From Macrostomum hystrix (lineage: Eukaryota > Animalia > Platyhelminthes): 64,000 nucleotides of DNA. Of this stretch, positions 1-11,343 are shown piece by piece. The position numbers and the translations under genes are program-made. The stretch is taken from contig CATNEN010000001.1 in NCBI GenBank assembly GCA_950097015.1, positions 5,828,001 to 5,892,000 on the forward strand, read 5' to 3'. Position 1 is the stretch's first letter. Each line of letters starts with the position of its first letter. The notes below the pieces were generated by a model that saw only the letters and a list, made by a program, of their open reading frames with translations, was not told the DNA's origin and did not search any database.

Positions 1-350
1 GATTGCATAGTTTGGACAGGATTGCACAGTTTGGACAGGATTGCATAGTTTGGACAGGATTGCATAGTTTGGACAGGATTGCACAGTTTGGACAGGATTG
101 CACAGTTTGGACAGGATTGCACAGTTTGGACAGGATTGCATAGTTTGGACAGGATTGCATAGTTTGAACAGGCATAGTTTGGACAGGATTGCACAGTTTG
201 GACAGGATTGCACAGTTTGGACAGGATTGCACAGTTTGGACAGGATTGTACAGTTTGGACAGGATTGCATAGTTTGGACAGGATTGCACAGTTTGGACAG
301 GATTGCATAGTTTGGACAGGATTGCACAGTTTGGACAGGATTACACAGTT
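1..350. repeat. 19-bp minisatellite (GATTGCAYAGTTTGGACAG), runs off the window start
   Basis: About 18 visible tandem copies with period 19. ORF 98..310 is a repeat artefact. Confidence 0.97.
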
Positions 351-471
351 GCCCTAAGAAAGTGACTCCGTCAGGACGAGCATAAAATGCAAAGCAGGCA
401 GCTGCTAAGTCTGCTCCCACAAAAGCTTCAGCGACAACTCGGAAGATAAGATAAGATTAAAAACATTCGCA

Positions 472-1760
472 ATGTGTCACAAGGCAGCTGTTGTTCTCCT
501 GATTTTTTGCTAAATCACTTCGATCAGCGGCTCTAGTCGAAATTTCGAACTCGTTGCCAACGAAAGCTTCACGATTGACAGCTCGGCAAGCACCAGCGTG
601 TTCAACGAGTTCGATGTCCGCTCTGAGGGCGACTGTCTGATGAGGTGCCATTAGAGACAGAGAGGCTGCGCTCCCGCCATCACGAATGAGACCAGACGCC
701 TCTGTCACCTGGCTGTGATCAACAATGAGTCAGCGGGTCGGCCGGGTCCCGCGGGCAGTCACGTGACCAGACAGCTGGGTGGTTCGGTAATGATCTGGAA
801 GGCGGATGACTTCGATCTGCAGCTTCGAAGTCGCGCTTCAAATATTTTCGATCTTCGTAGTGAGTACTAAATTAAATAACAAGTAATCAACTTTATCAAA
901 GGAAATTTTAAGTAAAAACTATCGAATATTTACATTAGATAGCAGCACTGGCAGGCTTGTAGTCGTCCAGAACGTCACCGTCAATGCCACCGGCTGCTAT
1001 TACATCGCAGCCTTCGGAGCTGCGGGAGGACGAAGCGTCCAAGCTACCACCAGTGCCGTCCGCCCTGGCAGAGGCGCCTCTGCTGCTGGAACATTTAGAC
1101 TCGTCTATGGCACCCAACTTGACATTGTGGTCGGACATGCGGGTGGCAACTCGACCTGTTTTTTCGGCGCTGGCGGAGGTGGCGGCAGCTTCGTGTACGT
1201 CAAAGACGGCTCCGGCAGCACTCAGCTGCTCGTAGCAGCCGGGGCGGCGGAGGAAGCCCCCACGCTTTTAGCGGTGAGTCGGGAAATGAAATTCAAACTA
1301 TTACTTTGATTTAGCCACGCAGTTTAATCTGCAGTGCTAGTAAACCCAACCTAGGCATGGACGGTTCCGACTCTGATAGCGGCACTGACTCTAATCCGAA
1401 AAGCAGCTCCTACACGGGCCGCGCGGCGGCGTTGGAGGGCAGCCGGGCCTTGTATCTGCAATGCGTCAGTCAATTGACTACTCATGTGGTGGCCCCGGTG
1501 CCGGCTGGAACAGCTCGATTGTGCCCTGTAACTACTCCGACTTCGAAGGTCCCGGGCTGAGCCGCATCGACGGCTGGCTCGGCGGTGCACGCAATGCCTC
1601 CTGCAGCATGGGTGAAGGCGGCTTCGGCGGAGGCGGCGGCTGCTGCACTTATCCCCTTTGGGGTGCCAGCGGCGGCGGTGGCGGCGGCGGCTGTGTCACC
1701 ATCGCGGGAGCCAACTTGGAGCTGCACGGGCGGGTTCTGCTGGGCTTTACTGGAGCATAG
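472..1760 (+). pseudogene. Pseudogene of a secreted PAN/Apple-like plus ALK/LTK-type glycine-rich domain protein
   Basis: Exon 1 (472-859) reads MCHKAAVVLLIFC*ITS...VRSEGDCLMRCH*RQRGCAPAITNETRRLCHL, a signal-peptide-like start plus PAN-like Cys spacing, with in-frame stops TAA 511-513 and TAG 652-654. A GT-AG intron at 860-938 joins in frame to exon 2 (939-~1273): VQNVTVNATGCYYIAAFGAAGG..PGRGASAAGTFRL..LDIVVGHAGG..GAGGGGGSFV..LLVAAG. After an intron at ~1274-1354, exon 3 reads GGPGAGW..GWLGG..GEGGFGGGGG..GGGGGG to a stop at 1760. Single-base frameshifts occur near 1240 and 1420. Confidence 0.75.
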
Positions 1761-2399
1761 TGCAATTAAGGCCTCATAGCAACAGTTACTGGCCAAGAGG
1801 AAAGACGATGTGATAGAGTGCTTGGCCTTTGCACTTGACCTTGACCTAGAAATAACTAAAATTTGGAATATGAAATGCACGGTTTGAGACTTAATCTCTA
1901 ACTCGGAAATAGCTTGCCAAAAAGTATCTTATCTGGCGTCAACTCTAGTGTCGATCGTATAAATAGCAAAAAACATTTCTGAAGCAGCGGCTAAAATGAA
2001 GTTGCATGATTTTAATACCGTACAACTCGATATATTTAGAAACTTACTACTCGTATTGAGTCATATAATATTCTTCATGATTAAAATAAACAAATGGTTT
2101 GTATCTGCTTATTTCAATTTCTAAAACCCATTTCTTATCGGCATCAAGAGCGGATTTCGTCTTTGCAGGTCCATAAATGATCAGTTTGCCATCATCAGTT
2201 GTTTGGTCGACGTCTGCAAGACCCACCAACGAGCTCCGTCCATCGTATCGTGTTTTTTATTTTAAAGGCGTTTGACTTGGTCTTCAGGCTTAGTAATCGC
2301 ATGACTGCTATCTTCCCAGCGTTCCCTGCACTCATTTAAGTGGTGATTTTACAGCGAAATAAAGATATAGCGATCGTAAACGTCCAGTAGAGCGAACGG

Positions 2400-2525
2400 C
2401 AGAGGAATTCAGCATAAGCTCCGGTGTTTTCAAGGGCGCTTCACTGGACCCTCTGCTCTTTATCCTGGTGGTGCCCTACGTACTGGTTCTGTCCCGAAGT
2501 GATGACGTCGCTCTCATGTACGACG
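2400..2525 (+). mobile_element. Degenerate non-LTR retrotransposon (RTE-like) reverse transcriptase fragment
   Basis: Translates to EEFSISSGVFKGASLDPLLFILVVPYVL..SDDVALM, resembling the LINE RT motifs GVxQGxxLxPxLF and YADD. Confidence 0.5.
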
Positions 2526-4734
2526 ACGCGACATTGTGCGATTCTTAATGTCGCGACATTGTCACGACCTCATGGCTGATTATCCTGCCTTTTCAATATT
2601 TTGCGTGGAGGCTAGTTCCAAACGAAAGAATCACAAAAGAATTTTGATTGTGAGAACTTTGCGACTAACCTCTATTTTTTTCGGGTGAAATTTCCGAGTT
2701 CAAACTAAGAATAGCTCGCGTTGACGTCCTGTTTCTCATGAGGGTACGTGATCTGAGATCGAAAAATATCTGTGTAAAAACTCACGCTCAAAAATGAACA
2801 TTTGGAGCAAGTTTGATAATGGTATTCATTTCTCAAACCCTTAGTCTGGGAAAAAATGCGAGTATATATAAGTTCACGTCGCGCAAGAATAATAATAATA
2901 ATAATAATAGTTACGCCCCACGCCGACCACGAAAAGTGGCGAAGAGGGGGAGCGTCAAATCGCGCGCTTCAGTGCCAGGTCTCTGATGTGCTTCACGCCT
3001 GCCGCCTGGCTGGGTGCTCGGGCGTCTTCAAAAAGTCGGTCAATTATAGCGGGCTGATCGTCCCTGGCCGCGCCTGCGCGGTCCCTGCGAGGTCCACAGC
3101 ATGACATCCTGCAGCGGCTCTGGGCAGTAGGCTTCGGCGCGGATGACATGCCCGGCCAGCCGCAGGCGCCGCTGACTCAGCAGGACAGAAGGCCGCGTTA
3201 GGCGCGCACGCTGGTAGAGGGACTCGGTTGTCTCGCTGCCAGGGCCGCGGCGGGCACCGAAAGCGGCGCGAACTGGAGAAATCTTATGATAATTCCGAGG
3301 TTTCTATCCATTATGCCTTTTGTCCGTTGGTCTATATTTATAGGGCGGTTGTTCACTGCAAGCATGGGGCTGGATAGAATGAAAATAACTAAATTTCATC
3401 AGCAGGTTCAGTTTGACAACTGCGACTTCATGACAGATGTAAGTCTATAATACAATGAGCTAGGTTACAAATTTTATACTTCTTCCTCTTACGTTTCAGA
3501 CAGCCAACGCCACGAGTCTGCCATCTAGCTGCGGTCTTCATTTGCACCACAAGTCAAGCAACAGCGTTCTCTGGTGCTCAACTTATCAACCGTCGCGAGT
3601 TGTTTTCGAACGCCGCTCGAAGGTGTTCTGGGTTCGAATGAAAGTCAGGAGGCAGTCTTATTTCAGAGAAACGTGTGAGCTTATAACTGCTCGGTGTCGG
3701 TTTATTTATCGAGTGACCAATCGAAAGTTCAAGAAAGCTTTAGTTCTAGAAGTTTCCGGAAAGCGTAAATAAATTATAGTTCGATATTTGCACTACTCTA
3801 CTATAATAGCGGCAGTGCAAGGAAAAACGCAAGTTAGTCAATACTACACAACTTTTCGTAAACAGATCAGTTATCCAAAGGTTCTCAACGTCTAGCTACC
3901 TCTCCGACGCTGAGCGAATCGTTGTCGTCAGAGTCACAGCTCAGGCGGGCCAGTGGCAGGTGTATATATTTCGTCATCATTGTGATCGCTTTAGGTATCG
4001 ACGTATATCTGTCATCGCCAGTAATTTATTGTTTTTTCAACAAATTTAAGAACTTAAAGAAGAAATCAATGTCTATCGGAGAATCACTTCAAATTTTAAG
4101 AGTAAGCTCATCGCTTTCCTAGAAATAGAGTTTGTTTTTTAGAGACATAAATATTCTTAGTAACACAACCGAATTCTTTGAAACACAATTCCTTTTCACA
4201 AAATACAGTTGTGAAAAAACTTAAGAAGCACCACTGCTTCCCTTTAAAGCGCCACTTATTTCAGTTTTAATTCGCAAGCTGTGGATGAATCAGTGAAGCG
4301 ATGGACTGAATCCATTGTTGGCTAGCCATTGTGACTGAGTTAGTTTTATTCTTTTGAGTCTAATGCTATTTTCATTAGAACTAGTCTATTGTGGCGATGT
4401 TTCATTCCATTTTCTAATGCCAACGAGTTCAAGCGATTTTTTAAAGGTGCAAAATTTTACACTCCAATAATATAGTTTAGTCAAGTATTCTGTGACTAAA
4501 GTATTAATGTCATTGCTATCCGACAGGACTAATTTGTTAGTCTTTTTTTAATTTGGTGATAGTGAAGCCCGGTAGCAAAATTTGATGGTGATATGAACTA
4601 GAAAACTAAAAAAAAAGAATTTTTTTTGATAAAATATGATTTACCACGTTATCGTAATAACCTTATTTTGTTTCTTATTTAAATAAACAATAACTTGACC
4701 ACAGAGGTACAGCTGATGTTAACAATGTGATGTG

Positions 4735-5360
4735 GAGCGTCAGGAGAGGCATTGGGTGTCAGGAGAGGTATTGGGTGTCAGGAGAAGCACTGGGTGTCAG
4801 GAGAAGCACTGGGTGTCAGGAGAAGCATTGGGTGTCAGAAGATGCATTGGGTGTCAGGGAAGGTATTGGTTGTCAGGAGAAGCACTGGGTGTCAGGAGAT
4901 GCACAGGGCGTCAGGAAAGGCATTGGGTGTCAGGAGAGGCATTGGGTGTCAGGAGAGGCACTGGATGTCAGGAGAGGCACTGGATGTCAGGAGAAGCATT
5001 GGGTGTCAGGAAAAAGCATTGGATGTCAGCTAATGCATTGGGTGTCAGGAGAGGCACTGGGTGTCAGGAGAAGCATTGGGTGTCAGGAAAGGCATTGGGT
5101 GTCAGGGAAGGTATTGGTTGTCAGGAGAAGCACTGGGTGTCAGGAGATGCACAGGGCGTCAGGAAAGGCATTGGGTGTCAGGAGAGGCATTGGGTGTCAG
5201 GAGAGGCACTGGATGTCAGGAGAAGCATTGGGTGTCAGGAAAAAGCATTGGATGTCAGCTACTGCATTGGGTGTCAGGAGAGGCACTGGGTGTCAGGAGA
5301 AGCATTGGGTGTCAGGAAAGGCATTGGGTGTCAGGAAAAAGCATTGGATGTCAGCTAATG
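4735..5360. repeat. 19-bp minisatellite (GTCAGGAGARGCAYTGGGT)
   Basis: About 32 tandem copies. The overlapping ORFs 4727..5495 are repeat artefacts. Confidence 0.95.
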
Positions 5361-5749
5361 CTAAAGCTGTTACAAATATATGATCAACATTTTAAAAGTC
5401 TAGTCTCCAAATTCAAGAAACAATTTAGTATTAAAATGATATTCATTAGCAAGACTTGCTACAAACAAAGCATTGTCTTGGAGCGGAATGACTAAAGATA
5501 GTCACATATTTATTGTCTGAGCCAAACAGTATAAAAATCACACTGGTGCGAACGACAGACACATAATATGGGCCTACATAAGTAAATTATAATAAAAAAT
5601 TTGATAAAGTTTCAGGCAAATACACTAAGTTATAAACAACTACTTTAATGACAATTCTAAAATAAGAGATAAGAAAGCGATAAAACTTATTACCATGGTT
5701 TTATACGAGCCGTAATTACAGCAAGTTATTAATATTATTAAAATAATCT

Positions 5750-6718
5750 GCAGTTATCCCCAAACACAATCCAATCCACCAGTTTATCAGCAGTTATCCC
5801 CAACTACACAATCCAATCCACCAGTTTATCAGCAGTTATCCCCAACTACACAATCCAATCCACCAGTTTATCAGCAGTTATCCCCAACTACACAATCCAA
5901 TCCACCAGTTTATCAGCAGTTATCCCAGCTACACAATCCAATCCACCAGTTTATCAGCAGTTATCCCCAACTACACAATCCAATCCACCAGTTTATCAGC
6001 AGTTATCCCAGCTACACAATCCAATCCACCAGTTTATCAGCAGTTATCCCCAACTACACAATCCAATCCACCAGTTTATCAGCAGTTATCCCCAGCTACA
6101 CAATCCAATCCACCAGTTTAGCAGCAGTTATCCCCAACAACACAATCCAATCCACCAGTTTATCAGCAGTTATCCCAGCTACACAATCCAATCCACCAGT
6201 TTATCAGCAGTTATCCCCAACTACACAATCCAATCCACCAGTTTATCAGCAGTTATCCCCAACTAAACAATCCAATCCACCAGTTTATCAGCAGTTATCC
6301 CCAACTAAACAATCCAATCCACCAGTTTATCAGCAGTTATCCCCAACTACACAATCCAATCCACCAGTTTATCAGCAGTTATCCCCAACTACACAATCCA
6401 ATCCACCAGTTTATCAGCAGTTATCCCAGCTACACAATCCAATCCACCAGTTTATCAGCAGTTATCCCCAACTACGCAATCCAATCCACCAGTTTATCAG
6501 CAGTTATCCCCAACTACGCAATCCAATCCACCAGTTTATCAGCAGTTATCCCCAACTACACAATCCAATCCACCAGTTTATCAGCAGTTATCCCCAGCTA
6601 CACAATCCAATCCACCAGTTTATCAGCAGTTACCCCCAACTACACAATCCAATCCACCAGTTTATCAGCAGTTATCCCCAACTACACAATCCAATCCACC
6701 AGTTTATCAGCAGTTATC
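5750..6718. repeat. 42-bp minisatellite (CAGCAGTTATCCCCAACTACACAATCCAATCCACCAGTTTAT)
   Basis: About 23 near-identical tandem copies downstream of the ARL8 stop codon. Confidence 0.97.
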
Positions 6719-7059
6719 TTCAATGTATAAGGAAAAATCGAACGGTCGTATTTAAAAACAGAATAATTTTATTTGTATTGCGCAAAACGAGACTCTGGAT
6801 AAAAAAGAATAAAATAGTACAAAAGGATAGATCAGAAAATCCTATTAGGGTCAAATTCATTTTTTTTGGAATCGCAACTAATGAAGAAAAACAAAAGAAC
6901 ATATAAGTTTGCTTTTTTGGGAAAGAACAAAAATGTTACAATAATTTAGTGTCAATAGAAAATCACAACTTTTTAACACTAGTAACAACACCGGAATAAT
7001 GAAAAGTGAGTTATGAACCAGTGCAGCCTTATTATGAATTAATATTCATTCAGTCGTGA

Positions 7060-10000
7060 TTAATTTCCAGAGCTTGTCGAATTACTTGACTTGCTGTGCT
7101 GTATTAGCCACTGCAGCGTGATGTCTGAAAAGTAGAACCTTTTTATAATATATCGTAACAACTTGCATAACTGCTTAACAGCGTCATAAGTGAACCGAAC
7201 TGTGTAAACTGTGAGATGTAGGTAGAGTGGAAAGTAGTCTGTGAGATGTAGGTAGAGTGGGGAGTAGTCTGTGAGATGTAGGTAGAGTGGGGAGTAGTCT
7301 GTGAGATGTAGGCAGAGTGGGGAGTAGTCTGTGAGATGCAGGCAGAGTGGGGAGTAGTCTGTGAGATGCAGGCAGAGTGGGGAGTAGTCTGTGAGATGTA
7401 GGCAGAGTGGGGAGTAGTCTGTGAGATGTAGGCAGAGTGGGGAGGAGTCTGTGAGATGTAGGCAGAGTGGGGAGGAGTCTGTGAGATGTAGGCAGAGTGG
7501 GGAGGAGTCTGTGAGATGTAGGCAGAGTGGGGAGGAGTCTGTGAGATGTAGGCAGAGTGGGGAGGAGTCTGTGAGATGTAGGCAGAGTGGGGAGGAGTCT
7601 GTGAGATGTAGGCAGAGTGGGAAGCAGTCTGTGAGATGTAGGCAGAGTGGGGGAGTAGTCTGAGAGATGTAGGCAGAGTGGGGAGCAGTCTGTGAGATGC
7701 AGGTAGAGAGGAAAGGAGTCTGTGAGATGTAGGCAGAGTGGGGAGTAGTCTGTGAGATGTAGGCAGAATGGGGAGGAGTCTGTGAGATGTAGGCAGAATG
7801 GGGAGGAGTCTGTGAGATGTAGGCAGAATGGGGAGGAGTCTGTGAGATGTAGGCAGAGTGGGAAGCAGTCTGTGAGATGTAGGCAGAGTGGGGAGTAGTC
7901 TGTGAGATGTAGGCAGAATGGGGAGGAGTCTGTGAGATGTAGGCAGAGTGGGAAGCAGTCTGTGAGATGTAGGCAGAGTGGGGAGTAGTCTGTGAGATGT
8001 AGGCAGAGTAGGGAGTAGTCTGTGAGATGTAGGCAGAGTGGGGAGTAGTCTGTGAGATGTAGGCAGAGTGGGGAGTAGTCTGTGAGATGTAGGCAGAGTA
8101 GAGAGTAGTCTGTGAGATGTAGGCAGAGTGGGGAGTAGTCTGTGAGATGTAGGCAGAGTGGGGAGTAGTCTGTGAGATGTAGGCAGAGTAGGGAGCAGTC
8201 TGTGAGATGCAGGCAGAGTGGGGAGCAGTCTGAAAGACAGGTAGAGTTGATAAACTCGTGAGATGCAGGTTAGGTGAAGTCAAGTAAAGCTTTTTACTAA
8301 GTCATGAACTCACCAATGTTCTCTTTTTCCTTGCAGCTAATCGAGTAGCAGCACACCTCCCGATCGGTGATATTGCCCAGGCTAAGCCTGTCAATCAATT
8401 CTCGTTCATCCAATGCCGAGTCTAAATCTCTTTTGTTGCCCAGAACTAGCACAGGAATGCCTTGCAGTTGCGGCTTGTCTAACAAATGGTGCAACTCATT
8501 CCTGGCTGCTTCAATTTTGTCACGATCTGCAGCATCCACCATGTAGACAATGGCATTGACTCCGCGACAGTAGCGCTCCCACATGCTGCGAAATCTGGGC
8601 TGGCCACCAATGTCCCATAATTTGATGGTCACACTGCCTTTAGTGATCTTGCGCATGTTGAAACCAACCGTTGGGATCATGTCCTCTGTGAACTGGCCAG
8701 ACTGTGGTAGATAAAATAGGATATTGGTAACAAGCTGGGAGATTGTCCATGGTAGCAAAAGTGAAAAAGATATTTTTAGAAGAAAAAGATTTTTTTCCAA
8801 ATGCACAGCTATTCAATTTTATTATTTTTTACCTGGATTTTTTTCACAATCCGCATGTGTTTTTTTTACATTTCAGGGATCACAACTTATGTAAAGAAGC
8901 AATAGTGTATAAACCAGGCTTATTTGATTCATTAGGCCTAGGCAAAATGAATTGAATAGCTGACCTACTTTCCTGTCTTGAACTCCAAACTAACCAAGCT
9001 ACTCCTTCAGCTTTATGTATTTTTCATTTAAATAATTTCACACCAAAGTGGATAAAGGATCCTTTTTGACTTTGAAGAACAGTACTGAAATGTTAAATAG
9101 CATAATCATAGTAAACCCCCTACCCTTAATTAACAATGATTTACTGTATGTATTTCTGCCATTCAAAAGATCATAAAGAAAGCTGATTTAGGCCTACATG
9201 TGATTTAACAAGCAACTGGTTTCATTTGACAGGTAATTTGATTACACACATTGACAACTTTTTGTATTATAATATTCTAATCTGATATTTGATTGTTTGA
9301 TAATAACAAAACAAAAAGAAATAGAGTGATTTATTTTAAACTGTAAGTTTGAAATATGATTTTAAACACACTTTTCCCTCTCGTGTATCTTCCTTATGGT
9401 TTTATGGGCACCATAACAAATTTCATGGATTGTAAACTAAAGGAATGCCAATGCACGCAACTGATTGTAGGCCTACCAATATGCACATGCCACCTATGTG
9501 ACTAAAGTATAGCTGGGGATAATGAAGCATCTTCAATAAGTTTTTTAACAATTTTTGTTAATAAAAATGTTACAAAAACACTGTTAGCCTAGCAGTGTAA
9601 AATCAAAGGGTTACAATTACTTAGGTGGCAAATCACTTTGGCAACAAGTCAATTCGGCAAATTGCTTTAGTGATAAGTTTTGATCACATAGGTGACAAAA
9701 TGATCAATTGTTGACCATTTAATTACAGGCGATAATTGTACTTTAAAATGAGTATGAAAGTACCATCTGCATCAGGCCACCTAATTCAAGCTCTGGGCAG
9801 AGCACAAACAAGGTGAACAGTCAAAATGTTCACTCCTAGAGGCTTGTAGGTAGTCATCTTCATGGACCTTATTTCTAACTCTAACTAGCGTGATCTAACA
9901 ACGTCTAACACACTAGCATGATCTGAAACTTTGTGCATGATCAACTCTAAGGCCTATACAAATAGTTTTAATATAAACCTTTTAACATTAAAAAATGAAA

Positions 10001-10283
10001 TATTTTATCAACTTTGTTTTATGATCAAGTTGGGTATAAGTATTGCCTGCAATTAATTGTTGTCTAAGTGATGAAAACTTGTCGCCAAAGTCAATTTCCT
10101 AAAATGACTGTCGCCGAAGTGACTTGTTGCCAAAGTGATCGGTACCCAAATCAAACTTACAGCAATAACATTTACAAATGTAGTTTTTCCTGAATTCTGC
10201 AATCCAACAAGGGTAAGTTCCATCTCTTCTTTCCAGAACAAGCTTTTTATCCAATCCAAAATCCTTTGAACAAATGCAAACAT
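7060..10283 (-). CDS. ARL8: ADP-ribosylation factor-like protein 8 (lysosomal small GTPase), 191 aa, 3 exons
   Basis: Exons are 10283-10161 ([41 protein letters not shown]), 8701-8314 ([56 protein letters not shown]) and 7124-7060 ([13 protein letters not shown]..stop). All introns are GT-AG with consistent phases. The G1, G3 and G4 motifs and the Arl8 signature are present. Confidence 0.97.
7210..8235. repeat. 30-bp minisatellite filling ARL8 intron 2
   Basis: About 34 copies of GTCTGTGAGATGTAGGCAGAGTGGGGAGTA. ORF 7060..8283 is mostly this repeat. Confidence 0.97.
9608..10147. mobile_element. Non-autonomous DNA transposon (MITE) with 8-bp TSD in ARL8 intron 1
   Basis: Termini are GGG...CCC. 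AAATCAAA is duplicated at 9600-9607 and 10148-10155. Imperfect long inverted repeats are built from ~15-bp subunits: ATCACTTTGGCAACAAGTCA at 9632 and its reverse complement at ~10120-10139. Confidence 0.75.
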
Positions 10284-11343
10284 TGTTAAATTAATGCACT
10301 GTCAGTCGATGAAATTTGCGATTGAAATGCAGATCAAGGAAATTGTTTTTAGAAAATCGATAAAGGGCGAATAAGGTGAATTCAATTCTTAAAATCTAGG
10401 TGAACCCAGAATACTTGTCTTGTATTTAGATCAACCTGCTAAAAAGTTTCCGAGCTAAAATAGTAAAATATGTTGTCGGTGTAAGCTGTTTAATAAGTAC
10501 TTAACAAGCAAAGTTATCTTGATACTTTCCAGCTGCTTCTAGGAAAGAGTTACACTCGATAAAAGTTAAAAACCAGCTGATTTACTGAATTTCCGGATTT
10601 ATTGCGTGGTTACTGCATTTTATGATTAATTATAGGTTTGTAAAATCGTTCTTTATTCAATGTTTTGTAAACACTCGATTTTTAGACAGAGTAGACTATC
10701 TCAGAAACACGACTACTAATTTTTTAAAGCGTCTTGACCTGTGAGCAAATTATCAGTTCGTTAAGGGGCTAATGGAACGTTAAAAAACAAAACGAACGTG
10801 CTAATAAAAAACATGATAGTGCTGAGGTTAGCGATTTTTTTTCTGTCAATAATAACACACTTAAGTAGTTATACACTTTTATTTTTACTTAATGAGTTCA
10901 TTTTGCTATATCCGTATTTTAAATGAAATATTTAAATTTGGGTAATTTTTCTTGTTATATATGTTCTCAATCCTTTCATTATTCAGAGCCCACAGCCTCC
11001 ACTTTAGTAAAAAAGAAAACTTTTCAACTTCTTCACGGTAAAATCTAAATTTTAATACACAATCATTTTTTCGGCCTTTCGATTGAAACTTTTGCGTCAG
11101 CTCTTATGCTTGACAAGAGCTTTGTCTTTCTAGACACTGCAGCTGAGCTGGTCTATGGGTAATTAGCAAGACCTAATTTAGCGTCAGTGAGTGACAGTGA
11201 CATTGGGCTTTGTCTAATGTGACTTTTGCAACGGGCCTTGTAATTTTTTAAATCTAAATTAGGCCTACCTTCTAAATCTGAAAGGTCTGCTTTAGCAGAT
11301 TAAAGCCTAATTACCACGTGGATCTTAAGTCCTTCAAACGATA
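10284..11343. promoter_or_regulatory. Probable shared/bidirectional promoter region between ARL8 (-) and the ZDHHC gene (+)
   Basis: The divergent start codons are only ~1.06 kb apart. Inferred from geometry only; no specific motif was identified. Confidence 0.45.

Noticed and set aside
1-5360. The two 19-bp arrays (1-350 and 4735-5360) as one family
   Set aside because: They share only the period and a short CAGGA..GCA core, which is not enough to claim homology.
5750-6718. Regular 42-bp periodicity (and similar arrays) as a possible CRISPR array
   Set aside because: The units are head-to-tail with no unique spacers, there are no cas genes, and the context is eukaryotic.
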